From the NCBI RefSeq assembly GCF_006345805.1, contig NC_043007.1, forward strand, positions 36,456,001-36,520,000: a stretch of 64,000 nucleotides of DNA, in the 5' to 3' direction. Below are positions 26,536 through 38,929 of the stretch, piece by piece. Position 1 is the stretch's first letter, and each line of letters begins with the position of its first letter. The notes under the pieces were generated by a model, which saw only the letters and a list, made by a program, of their open reading frames with translations, had not been told where the DNA came from and did not search any database. A program made the position numbers and the translations under genes. This DNA is from Octopus sinensis (Eukaryota).

Positions 26536-27018
26536 CATACATTGCGATAACTATTAATTTCCAGAAACGCTGTCGTAATCTCTTTTAAAGAGACTTAGTA
26601 ATTTTAATATTTCTATTATTGAAAACAAGTGGATGTATTCCACCGTAACTAGGTAAATAGAATCTTCAAATGGAGACGGTCAGTAGCGACACCTGCAGGT
26701 CTGACTACGCTGCATTGAGAAGGGGCAACAACCCTGAAATATGTCTGTAGCTGTCGGACTAGCAGGTTGAAGCGGCTGACCTCCCCTGTTCGAAGGTTTA
26801 ATAACGAACGCAGTTTGTGTGTCAAGTAGCTAGCTTGAGGCGATGGCTTCATGGAGCTAATCAGCGACAGCTTTATTCTTATTTTTAAGAATGCCATATT
26901 AGTATGGCGATAACTATTAATTTCCAGAAACGCTGTCGTAATCTCTTTTAAAGAGACTTAGTAATTTTAATATTTCTATATATATATATATATATACACA
27001 TACATACACACACACATA

Positions 27019-27659
27019 CTGGCAGGCATACCCAGCGTTGCTCAGGATTTAAATGGCACAGTTTGTATATATGGTACAGTTAAGTTGAAACATGTGATAC
27101 AAGGAGGTGCAGCATTGACAAAATATTTGTGGAGTAAATGGAAAGCTAATTTGACAGACATGTCATGCATCTGTTTGGAAGATTCCAGGTCCTAACCTTG
27201 TCATGGAAAAGTGGGTGCGGAGTATGCGATTTTTGAATGCACCAAAAAGCTCTCAGCAGATACACTCTCCTTTGCGGCTGTGGGCACTGCCACTACCATG
27301 TTGAACAATCAGCAGCAGACATAAGAACTACATCTATGTGATAAATTAAGCCTGTGGGTTCGCTTAACAGCACCACATGGGAGAAACCTACATGAAAGAA
27401 ATGATGTGGTAAGGGCAGGGATTGGCTGGAGTTGTTAATGCAGCATTCCTGGTCAGGTGAATACAATGTTATTCAGCACTTTCCATTGCTCTTGCAGTAG
27501 ATGTACATGCAGCATTTTGTGATTGTCTAATTGAAGTCGCCTGTTACAATTCATCTGCTCTCCTTCTTCCCAATTTCTTTGCTACGACCATTTTTCCACC
27601 AACGGAGGATCTCTACTTTCGAGACATTATGCCAAGAAATATGACGTAATAAACTAAGA
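27019..27659 (-). mobile_element. Degenerate Helitron derivative
   Basis: A|TC 5' end, degenerate 3' hairpin + CCAG|T; stop-interrupted basic/coiled frame from 27627 (MSRK*RSSVGGK..RRRADEL*Q) resembling RepHel N-termini. Confidence 0.55.
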
Positions 27660-27666
27660 TGACAAT

Positions 27667-28070
27667 TACTCTTTTACTCTTTTACTTGTTTCAGTCATTT
27701 GACTGTGGCCATGCTGGAGCACCGCCTTTAGTCGAGCAATTCGACCCCGGGACTTATTCTTTGTAAGCCCAGTACTTATACTATCGGTCTCTTTTGCCGA
27801 ACCGCTAAGTGACGGGGACGTAAACACACCAGCATCGGTTGTCAAGCAATGCTAGGGGGACAAACACAGACACACAAACACACGCACATATATATAAACA
27901 TATATATGACGGGCTTCTTTCAGTTTCCGTCTACCAAATCCACTCACAAGGCATTGGTCGGCCCGGGGCTATAGCAGAAGACACTTGCCCAAGATGCCAC
28001 GCAGTGGGACTGAACCCGGAACCATGCGGTTGGTTAGCAAGCTACTTACCACACAGCCACTCCTGCGCCT
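27667..28070 (-). mobile_element. tRNA-head SINE with CORE-like domain (representative; other copies near 7676+, 17093-, 34663-, 55320-, 58949+, 63160-)
   Basis: Box A/B-like head (tggctgtgtggtaag..ggttccgggttcagtcc), CORE-like segment (..ttgggcaagtgtctt), internal (CA/TA) tract. Confidence 0.8.
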
Positions 28071-29330
28071 AATTGTACATTAATAATGAAATGTCAACAA
28101 AAAAATGTAAATAATATCAATATCTTAGAAAATTTTTAAAAACACATACATTGAACTTAAGATGACACTAATGGAAAAAGTTTTACCTTGTAACATGCCT
28201 AAGTGGATTAAGTGCATTGGATATAAGGGAAATAATCAATTTCTGAACGTTATTGCACAAAGAGTTACCTCCCTTCTCCACAGTAGTCAAACATACTCCA
28301 GGAAAGAGGATTTTCTGTTCCCAGAGGCCCCATTACATATTATGTGAAAAATCTTAAGAGTCTAAGACCATCTCTGGAACATAAGTAATGTATGTTCCCA
28401 ATTTGGAGAAAATCGGTTGCGAACACACAGAAGTTATGTGGGTTTACACACACACACAGAGTTTTATATATATATATATATATATACACACCTGTATATA
28501 CGTGTGTGTATGTATGAATATATATACACGCATGTGTGTATGTGTATGCATGTATGTGCAGAGATGTGAAAATAGCTGGGTTGGTGTCCAGGTGCGAAGT
28601 TGGCCTACTGGCAGCGAGTGGCCATTTTGTTGTCACAACATCTCTCTAGGAGAGGGAAACAGAGAAAATCTGCAACACTGACAATATTTGATGATTTAGA
28701 CTAGTTTTTCAAGTCAAAATGCAGAGTAGATAAAAACAGGGGACAACAAAGCACCCACTACACTCTCGGAGTGTTTGGCATTAGGAAAGGCATCCAGCTA
28801 TAGAAACTTTGCCAGACCAGACTGAACCTGGTGCAGCCTCTGTCTCACCAGTCCTCAGTCAAACCGTCCAACCTATGCCAGCATGGAAATCGGACTTTAA
28901 ACGATAATAATGATAATGATTTGGTATTTCTTATTGAATATACCTTTAAGTATCTTAGTTGCTCATATTCATGCCACCATCCACTTGAAGATGTTCCTCT
29001 TATCTCATTTTCATCTCATCTATGCAAATCCCTAGGCTGTAAATGTGTTGTGCTTTTTTCACATATGTCTAAGAGCCTCATTCTATTTAAGATAAGGGAG
29101 AGCAGCTACTATGTTGATGACACCTTCTTCCACAGGAACACATGTACACAGCTGTCATTTTGTCTCTAGACAAGCAAATCAGATTGTCTTTCCCATAATT
29201 GTTAACCAGTTTTGGAGAATTCTTGATTCCTTTGGAGTTAGTACCGAATGCCACCAAGTGAATAATTTACCTTCTATGGCACCTGAGATAATATGAATAA
29301 ATCAAGAATTTATTTTGTATGATATTTAAT

Positions 29331-29383
<53 letters not shown>

Positions 29384-29482
29384 AACATTTACAAACACAC
29401 ACATTAGATATCTATATTAGATTAGATCAAAAACATTTGAGAAAAGAAAAATGTGTGGTGTGTGTGTATGTATGTATGTATG

Positions 29483-29532
<50 letters not shown>

Positions 29533-29789
29533 TACACATACATTTATATACACAACACACACAATATATAGATAGATAGATAGATAGATAGATGAATGAA
29601 TGCAGATATAGATATAAGTATGTATGCAGATATAGAAATAATGCACACACTACTTACATATGTATGTATACATTTGTGTGTGTGTGTGTGTGTGTGTGTG
29701 AGTGCGTGTGTACAGCTTTGTCTATTATTTCATTCACAAAAGACTTAACGAAGACAACAATAAACCATTGATTCATTCAAATTAGGAAG

Positions 29790-30960
29790 AATAATGGTGG
29801 TGGTTGTGGTGGTGGTGGTAGTAGTAGTAGTAGCAACAGTAGAAGGGGTACTTCTTTGTTGTTATTCGTGTTGTGGTGGTGGTAGTGGTGGTTGTTGAAG
29901 TGATGGTATGATAGTAGTGGCATTAGTGATAGGGTTATGAATGTGGTGGTATTTGTGTTGGTATTAGTGGTGTTGGTATCATTGGTCGTAGCGGTGTTGG
30001 TATTGATGGTGATGGCAATGCCAGTATTGGTAGTAGTGGTGGTGGTAGCGGGAGTAATACTGGTGGAGATGGTGGTATTGGTGAAGGTGATGATGGTGGT
30101 GATGGTATAGGTGGTGGTGATGGTATAGGCGGTGGTGTTGGTATTGGTATGGGTTGTAACATTGATATTGGCGATGATGCTGGTATTGGTGATCATGGTG
30201 TTGGTGGTATTGGTGCTGGTATCAATGATGGTATTAATGATTGTGGTGGAGGTGGTGACAGCTGTGGCAGTAATTGGATCAGAGGATTCACATTAGAGAT
30301 GTTGGTGTTGGTGTTAATGATAATAGTGTTGTTGTGGCCACAGTGATGGTGGTGGTGTTGGTGATTTAGCCCCAGGTCAGCCCTGACACGACCTACATAT
30401 GTTCCAAGACAGCCTATCCATGTCTGTCCAGTAATTTTCCTGCACACAAAGAAGCCAAAACCAGGATATACAATGCAACCTTTTCAAAGGCTCTCGAGTG
30501 TGATTTGAGAAAGATTCGGTTGTGGTTTCTAGCAAATTTATTAACCATACAGAGACTCCCTTACTAGCATGTGATAATGATGTTGATGGTGATGGGTGTG
30601 GTGATGGATGTAGTGGTGAGGTTATGGATGAGATGATGAGGGTAGTGGTAATAGTATTGATAAGTGTTAGATGTGGTAGGAGTGAGGACTTTAGCATTGG
30701 TAGTGGTGGTGATACTAGTTATGATGTTAGTTATGAGCACCGTAGTGGTTGTAGTAAGGGGAAAGTGGTGGTGGTAGTGGTGTTTGTAGGAAAGGTAGCA
30801 GCAGCTTCTTTTGCAGTTCCTGACAGTGGTGATTGTAGTAGTGCTGCTGGGATTTGCAGTAGTTGCGGTAATGGCGATGGTATTGGCGACAGTAGCAATG
30901 GTGATGATTATTGTTTTTGTTGTTATTGTTGTGGTGGTGGTGGTGGTGTGAGCTTAAAGA
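29790..30960. repeat. GGT/GAT/TAG low-complexity region; similar tract at 54240-54960
   Basis: Direct reading; yields Thr/Pro/Gly/Val-rich spurious ORFs. Confidence 0.9.
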
Positions 30961-30996
30961 GAGGAGTACATATATCAGTATATTTCCATAATAACA

Positions 30997-31359
30997 AAGA
31001 GCACTTGGGGAGCGCAAACCTCTGCCAAGACAGCACCAACGTCCTCTCAATGATTAGCCAGAGATGATTTTTAAAATGAGAATATCTGAAATAAACTCAA
31101 CTGCTCTCACAAACGAGAATTCTAAAAATGAACCCAACCACTCTCAAAAATTAAGTAAAAAAAGCCCAGAAAAATAATCCAGAATCCTTGTCTAGTGCTG
31201 GATCAATCCCCAAATCTAATCAGTTCATGCCAGTCAGAAGGCCAAACAACCCTGAAAGTTTCATTAGAATCAATCCAGCGGTTCTTGAGAAATCTTGTTC
31301 ATGGACAAACAAACAAACATGATTGAAACAATACCTCTGCCTTTGCTAAGGTGGAGGTA
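30997..31359 (-). mobile_element. Helentron/DINE-like non-autonomous element
   Basis: Sub-terminal inverted repeats (acctccacc / ggcagaggt) plus 3' hairpin; homologous to 38272-38637 in opposite orientation; class assignment is inference. Confidence 0.55.
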
Positions 31360-31368
31360 ATAATAATA

Positions 31369-31417
<49 letters not shown>

Positions 31418-31572
31418 CATAATAATAATAATAATAAAAATAATAATAATAAAAATAATAATAACAATAATAATAATAATAATAATCATAATAATAATAA
31501 TAATAATAAAAATAATAACACCAATAATAAAAATAATAATAACAATAATAAAAATAATAATAATAAAAAAAA

Positions 31573-31629
<57 letters not shown>

Positions 31630-31630
31630 C
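31358..31630. repeat. (AAT)n microsatellite, ~270 bp
   Basis: Direct reading. Confidence 0.97.
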
Positions 31631-33400
31631 CTTTCTACTATAAGCACAAGGCCTGAAATTTTGGGAGTGGGTATAAGTCGATTACATCAATCCCAGTGCA
31701 TAACTGGTACCTAATTTATCACCCCCACCCCGAAAGGATGAGAGGCAAAGTTGACCGTAGCTGAATTTAAACTCAGAGCATAAAGATGGACGAAATACCA
31801 CTAAGCATTTTGCTCAGCATGCTAGCAATTCAGCCAGCTTGCTGCCTGAGTAATAATAATAGTAATAATAATGCTAATTCTCCTTTCTACTAAAGGCACA
31901 AGACCTGAAATTTTGTGGAGGGGTGGTAAGTCGATTGCATCAACCCCAGTACTTGACTGGTACTTAATTTATCAACCCCGAAAGGATGAAAGACAAAGTT
32001 GACCTCAGAAGAATTTGAACTCAGAACGTAGCAACAAGCAAAATATGAGTAAGCATTTCGCCTGGTATGCTAACGATTCTGCCAGCTTGCTGCCTTAATA
32101 ATAATAATCCTTTCTGCTATAGGCACAAGGCCTGAAATTTAGGGACTGGGGACTTGCCAATTATATCAACCCTCGTACTCAACAGGTATTTAATGCATCA
32201 ACCCCGAAAGTCGACCTCAGTGGAATTTGAACTCACAACGTAGTGATGGGCAAAATATTGCTAAGCATTTTGTCCAGTGTGCTAGCTATTCTACCAGCTT
32301 GAATAATAATGATAGTTAATTTTGGCGCAAGGCTAGCAGTTTTTGAGGGGCAGGGGAAGCTAACCTCAGTGGAATTTAAGCTCAGAACATACAGACGGAC
32401 GAAATATCGCAAAGCATTTTGTCTGGCATGCTAATGGTTCTGCCAGCTTACTGTCTCAATGATAACAAAAACAACAATAATAATTTCTGACATTAACATA
32501 AGCATGTTGTTGTTCAATTCTAAGTTGACCCTGCTCATGAAGACTTATGAACAACGGCATTCCAGCCAGAACTATCCTGTCCTTCTGTATAACTGGGACA
32601 TTATTAAATGTTTAGTTTATGTTTTCTCCTAAAATTGTTGGGTGTCATTTGAGGAAGATCTGGTTGTTATTTCTAGCATGTTCAACACTTAGAAGCTTCT
32701 TCTCTGGTTCAATTTATGCAAGGTCACAAATATATAAATTTTATTCCTCTCCAGAGAGACAAAAAGCCAAGTCAGCAACCTAAACAGGATTTGAACCTAA
32801 AATTTGAGGTGGAACTCACAAAAACACATTCAGTTTCATGAGACTATTATTCCTGTTAGCTAAGTGTTGCGGAAAAAAAAAAAAAAACGGCGGTGGCGGT
32901 GACGACGATGATAATGATAATGATAATAATAATGCAGTACCAGGCAGTGGCTCTCATGGCTTCTGATCTTAACTGATTGGAAGTGCCATCATGTACATTG
33001 CTTGGTATAAAAGATGGGCTACAGCAAATATTCTGCTCAATACCACAGATTTGCTTGTCAGTTGCTTGACCTTAACCAGTTGAGCATGTTCCTTAGTGGC
33101 TAACAATATGTGGTTCTTATGTAACTCTGCAAGTCAGCAATACTGAGTAATGTATGAGTGCAAGAATTAAAGTTTTGTTTGCAATATGAGCACCTCCAAT
33201 AGTCCTGCTTGATGTCACATCAATATCTGCAGAATTTGTCTTGAAACAGGTGTATCATTCAGAAGCATTACCAGTATAACGATTTCTGGAAGCTATCCTG
33301 AGTAGTACCTGATTTGGAAGTCTTTTTGAACAGACTACACAGTTTTGTCCTTGTGAACATCTAGAGTTTTCTCGAGGACATTAATAGTTTACCCTCCATA

Positions 33401-33746
33401 GGCCGATGCCAGCGCCGCCTCGACTGGCTTCCGTGTCGGTGGCACGTAAAAAGCACCATCCGAATCGTGGCTGAAGCCAGTGCCGCCTCGACTGGCTTCC
33501 GTGTAGGTGGCACGTAAAATGCACCAATCCGTCCGTGGCCGATGCCAGCCTCGCCTGGCACCAGTGCAGGTGGCACGTAAAAAGCACCCACTACACTCAC
33601 GGAGTGGTTGGCGTTAGGAAGGGCATCCAGCTGTAGAAACATTGCCAGATAAGACTGGAGCCTGGTGCAGCCTTCTGGCTTCCCAGATCCCCGGTCGAAC
33701 CGTCCAACCCATGCTAGCATGGAGAACGGACGTTAAACGATGATGA
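33401..33746 (+). repeat. Retroposon 3' tail element with (GAT)n end, copy A
   Basis: ~96% identical to 37955-38270 in inverted orientation; family also near 4045, 8655, 28750, 49415 and 62000. Confidence 0.85.
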
Positions 33747-33947
33747 AGTGCCCTCTATATTGCAAAGTGGAATGCTCACTGATTGCATTGCCTGACTGAT
33801 ACAGGACAGTGAGCATCTTAGAGCATTGCAGATGCTATGTGCCCAATCTTCATCATTCTATACACACATGCACACACACACACACACGCACACACACACA
33901 CACACACACACAAAGGAAGCTTAGTGAACAAAACAAAGGAAACTTAC

Positions 33948-34071
33948 CGCTGCGTCTTTATCTGTGAAATGTACCATCCAACCTTCTTTTAGGATCTGTG
34001 AGCCAGCCTTTTTGGTATGCCGCACTGACTGGATAACACGCATCAGAGGAATATTTGTACTCTGTGTAGGG
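33948..34071 (-). CDS. PRKD: PKD exon F (124 nt, phase 2-0): (S)[41 protein letters not shown]
   Basis: Acceptor ctgttcttcag, donor gtaagt; PKD signature NIPLMR.VQS and start of PH domain. Confidence 0.96.
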
Positions 34072-34579
34072 CTGAAGAACAGAAGGCAGTTGGTTTAGGC
34101 CAAGAATGATAAAAATAGATAAATGAAAAAAATAAAGAGGAATTTATTAAAAAATTTTTTTAAAAAACCAAGATGATTAATTTTTATAAGACAACTGGAC
34201 TGATTTATCAATTGACGGTTTTGGTGCTAAAAGGACAAAGAGTTGATCCCTTCAAGAATATATATTACACACACATATATAGCATGTGCATGATAAAATT
34301 AAACTATAAAAATACCCATAGCACAGATGTGGTGGTGGTGGTGGTGGGGTGATGTTGTGTATTTACAGAGTTGGTCAAAAGTCACCTGACAGCAAATCAA
34401 AGCCATTTAATTCCAAAATTTATTTATGTTCAACAACTGAATGAATTTAATAAAAGCATCTAAATATGAAACATCATGAACTGAAGTCCTTATTGAGCAG
34501 CACATTTTCCCATTCGAGTCAATACAGAATTACAGATAGTATTTATAGAATTTTGATTTACTGTCAGGTATATGTGTAT

Positions 34580-34628
<49 letters not shown>

Positions 34629-35268
34629 CTCTCTCTCTCTCTCTGTCTTTCTATATATATCTCTTTTACTCTTTTACTTGTTTCAGTCATTTGACTGCAG
34701 CCATGCTGGAGCAGTGCCTTTAATTGAGCAAATCGACCCCAGAGCTTATTCTTTGTAAGCCTTGTAAGTACAAGGTCTATTATTTTACTGGTCTCTTTTG
34801 CTGAACCGCTAAGTTACGGAGACGTAAACACACCAGCACCAGTTGTCAAGTGATGTTGGGGGACAAACACAGGCACACAAATATATACACACATATACAT
34901 ATACACACGACAATAGGCTTCTTCCAGTTTCTATCTACCAAATCCGTTCACAAGGCTTTGGTCGGCCCAAGGCTATAGTAGAAGACACTTGCCCAAGGTG
35001 CCACGCAGTGGGACTGAACCTGGCACCATGTGGTTGGTAAGCAAGCTACTTACCACACAGCCACACTTTATATATTATATATATTCTTAAATAAATATAT
35101 ATTTTTTTAATGGATGAATGTAAGTTCGTCCTTTAATGGGAGTAATTTCCAAAGATTTCTAATGCTGTTTCTTCATACTTTACGATTGAATTTGCTAATG
35201 AAAATTTGTATAGATATGAAAATTTGTATAGATATGAAAATTTATACATAGTTCGACAATTTCTTTCG

Positions 35269-35640
35269 TATTTATGCAATGCAGGAGATTAGATGTTAAA
35301 ATGGATTATGATTTTTATCATTCATGTTACTATACAATTGTTTCATACAAAAGGACTCAGATATTCATAATAGGAAACCAGAAAAGTCAGATTTGTACTT
35401 GTCAGTAGCTAGGATAAAAACTAAAAAAGACGTTAGCAGTACATAGATTTTCCTTTAGTAATCATATTGTAATAATTTGTTCTTGGAGTCCTGCCTATTT
35501 TAAACAGGAGTACAGATTTAACTTTTCTGATTTTCTATCATGAATATCTGAGTCCTTTTGTATGAAACAAATTGTATAGCAGCATGAAGAATAAAAACCA
35601 TAATCCATTTTAACATTTAATTTCCTCCATTGCATAAATA
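35269..35640. mobile_element. MITE with ~130-bp imperfect TIRs and ~110-bp spacer
   Basis: tatttatgcaatg..gtact / agtac..cattgcataaata; TA at both ends. Confidence 0.8.
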
Positions 35641-35987
35641 TGATCAGATTTGTTGAATGAGTAGTTGCTGTAGCAGAAATACGTGTAGGTCACTATAATA
35701 TACTGTATATAACTATAGAATAAATTTTGTGGATGCACAAGTCTCTTTACTCTTTATTAATATTAATACATATACAGTAGGAGTCAAAACTATTGAAAAG
35801 GTTGCAAGACGCAACGAAAATTTTAGGACAATAAAAATAAGAAAAAAGTGGAAATTTTACCGGTGAGTGTATTACATAATAAGGCACAAAAAGAAAATGA
35901 CTCTCCCCAGACACAACAGAATATGCTTCAACACACGAACTCATATAAAGAATCTTGCAAACCAAATCCAAAAACGAAATATATAGA

Positions 35988-36224
35988 CAGGGTTGGCCAA
36001 AAGTCACCTGACAGTAAATCAAAACCATTTAATTCTCAAGACTTATTTATGCTTGACAACAGAATGAATTTAATAAAAACATCTAAATATGAAACAGAAT
36101 GAAAATTGTTCAAACCGAAGTCCTTCCTGAACGACACCATTTTTCCAAATGGATAAATAAAATTGAATATTAAGTATTTATGGAATTTTGATTTACTGTC
36201 GGGTGACTTTTGGCCAAACGTCTG
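35988..36224. mobile_element. Tc1/mariner-like MITE with ~38-bp TIRs; sister copy at 34366-34569
   Basis: cagggttggccaaaagtcacctgacagtaaatcaaaa and its imperfect reverse complement. Confidence 0.8.
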
Positions 36225-36418
36225 TGTGTGTGCTTGTGTGTACTCAAAATTTTGATGTATTGTGTCTCAGTTTCTTGCATCTCTAGACACTTCTGCTGCA
36301 CTGCATTCATCTCGACACTATCAAGTCCTTTCATAATCTTTGAAGGTGACACAAAGAGGCAGCTTCTCAAAAATGCTTTAATGTTAAAACTGATTTAATG
36401 TCAATGATGGCAGCTCAC

Positions 36419-36524
36419 CTCAATGGAGGTTTCTTTTCTCCTTCATCATCATCATCACCCATCTCTGCAGATTCAGTCTCACTTGGACCTTCATTCTCAG
36501 AGTTTTCAATAGATTCTGAAAAAC
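36419..36524 (-). CDS. PRKD: PKD exon E (106 nt, phase 1-2), acidic linker: (S)FSESIENSENEGPSETESAEMGDDDDEGEKKPPL(S)
   Basis: Acceptor cttttattacag, donor gtgagc; phases bridge exon D to exon F exactly. Confidence 0.88.
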
Positions 36525-36971
36525 CTGTAATAAAAGAAAGAGCTTGGATTAACATTTGTGATAATATAAAATTCAGTTAACTGAATTCAGATATTGATTG
36601 CAACTGATACAGTATCATATTATAAGAAGTTCTACCATAGTTATTGTTTATTATGGAACAGCATCAATTTTCTGGTATCGTTGATTCCAAAGCTTCTCTA
36701 GATTACCGATGTTTGAAAACCAGAGGTGGTTATATCTAAATTAAACAAATATTGCATTCAAATTTTAGCACAAAGCCAGCAGTTTTGTGGAGCGGGTAAA
36801 TCAATTACATCAACCTCAGTGCTCAATTGGTGCTTATTTTATTGACCCCCCCCCCACCCCAAAAGTCAACCGCAGTGGAATTTGAACTCAGAACAAAAAG
36901 ACAGATGACATGTCGCTAAACATTTTACCTGGTGTGCTAATGATTCTGCTAGCTCACTACCATAAACTTAA

Positions 36972-37191
36972 CCCTTTAGCAATCAGATTTCTTTGTCAAA
37001 TGTAATGTTTATTTATTTTCATTGCTTTGAATTGATCATGTATTATCTTGTAGCTTCAAGATTTCAATGGTGTGCTTGTATATTTTTAGAATGATATTGT
37101 AGAGTAGGTATGAGAGGTTAGATGTAGTCAATTTTAATATAAAACATGTAGAATATTTGGGCCAGATATGTCTGGATTAAATGCTAAAGGG
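36972..37191. mobile_element. piggyBac-like MITE with TTAA TSD (family X; also 51539-51752 and 51820-52896)
   Basis: TTAA|ccctttagca ... tgctaaaggg|TTAA. Confidence 0.8.
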
Positions 37192-37954
37192 TTAAACAAG
37201 TATTAGCTTTAATTTAATTTAATGAGACGATGAGCGATGGCTAGAAGTATATTGAGTTCTTCATAACCAGCTGATCTAGCAAGCGGGGCCTCATATCAGT
37301 GGGGGGGGGGGGGGGCAGTGCGCATTGATGCCGTCGAGAGGTAGGCCCCGAAACGGCATGCATTCTCTCCTGATGACCCTATACACTTGCTAGCTTCCGG
37401 TATACGGAGCTTTTAACTGGTAGCACTTGCATGTGCAAGTTGTTTGCAAGACATCTAAATGATACAAGTTTATTAATACTGTACTGTGAATGGTACTGTG
37501 AAACAAGGCCACGCAGGAAACTAGTCTGGTAGCCACAGGAATTTTAATTTCTTGCTCATAAATTAGTGGGATTATAAGAGGTTTTGGCCCACCAGCATCT
37601 GGAAAGTTGGAGTAGCAACTTTAAGTAGCCTTAATCTAGTTCTCAGGGAGATTCAGAGTGTCACAGAATGTGACAAGGCTGGCCCTTCAAAATACAAGTA
37701 CTACTCATTATTGCCAGCTGAGTATATTTCTGTGGCAACATATTGTCTTAATTTTGAAAATAATGAAGAAATTAGTTAAATAACTTTGTCACTAATATGT
37801 TAAACATGAAATTTTGATGGAAGGTTTTTAATTAAGATCACCTTAATACAGAAAGTTGGTATCATGTAATCAGGAGTAGTCTCACAAGGGCCGGTATCAA
37901 ATGGGTTAACCCTTTAGCAATTAGATTACTCTGTCAAGTGCATCGTCATCATCA

Positions 37955-38270
37955 TCATCATCGTTTAACGTCCGTTCTCCATGCTAGCATGGGTTGGACG
38001 GTTCGACCGGGGATCTGGGAAGCCAGAAGGCTGCACCAGGCTCCGGTCTTATCTGGCAATGTTTCTACAGCTGGATGCCCTTCCTAATGCCAACCACTCT
38101 GTGAGTGTAGTAGGTGCTTTTTACGTGCCACCTGCACTGGTGCCAGGCAAGGCTGGCATCGGCCACGGTCGGATTGGTGCATTTTACGTGCCACCTGCAC
38201 GGAAGCCAGTCGAGGCGGCACTGGCTTCGGTCACGATTTGGATGGTGCTTTTTACGTGCCACCAACACGG
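37955..38270 (-). repeat. Retroposon 3' tail element, copy B
   Basis: 11 mismatches in 316 bp versus copy A by hand alignment. Confidence 0.85.
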
Positions 38271-38271
38271 A

Positions 38272-38637
38272 TACCTCCACCTTAGAGTGAAGGTGGAAGT
38301 ATTGATTTCAGTCATGTTTGTTTGTTTGTCTGTGGACAAAATATCTCAAGAACAGCTGAGTGGATTCAGATGAAACTTTCAGGGATGTCTGGCCTCATGA
38401 CTGGCATGAACTGATTAGATTTGGGTATCAATTCGGTACCAGACAAAGAGTCTGGATTATTATTCTGGCCTTTTTTTAGTTAATTTTTGAGAGCAGCTGG
38501 ATTCATTTTTAGTATTCTCGTTTATGAGAGCAGTCGAGTTTATTTCAGATATTCTCATTTTAAAAATCATCTCTGGCTAATCGTTGAGAGGATGTTGGTG
38601 TTGCCTTGGCAGAGGTTTGCGCTCTCTGAGTGCTCTT
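38272..38637 (+). mobile_element. Helentron/DINE-like non-autonomous element
   Basis: acctccacc ... ggcagaggt, hairpin gcgctc-tct-gagtgc, T-rich end. Confidence 0.55.
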
Positions 38638-38782
38638 ATTATTATTATTATTTATATTTTATCCTACATTGTATCAATACAGCTCAATGCAACCCCAAAA
38701 GACTGGTTCACCAGTCAGCATCATTAGACTGTGGTCAGCATAATGGAATAGGAGCTTTATTTGCATATTCAAAACATTTCCC

Positions 38783-38813
<31 letters not shown>

Positions 38814-38929
38814 CATGCATACAAGTATGTCATTATTCAGTTTTATTTCAAGATTTCTTGCTAATAGAGAAAGAGCCAGTTTCTAACCTAGATCCAAGGC
38901 TCCTCCATTGGAATTTCAACATCAACAAC

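Noticed and set aside
29777-31067. Thr-, Pro- and Gly-rich ORFs
   Set aside because: Trinucleotide low-complexity DNA open in several frames; no supporting splice context
33100-33360. Minus-strand WRCSYCKQNFNSCTH zinc-finger-like peptide
   Set aside because: Frame has several stops and lacks the second His; too weak to call
33361-38373. Two near-identical ORFs starting MLAWVGRFDRGSGKPEG
   Set aside because: Antisense translations of the same retroposon tail, not a gene duplication
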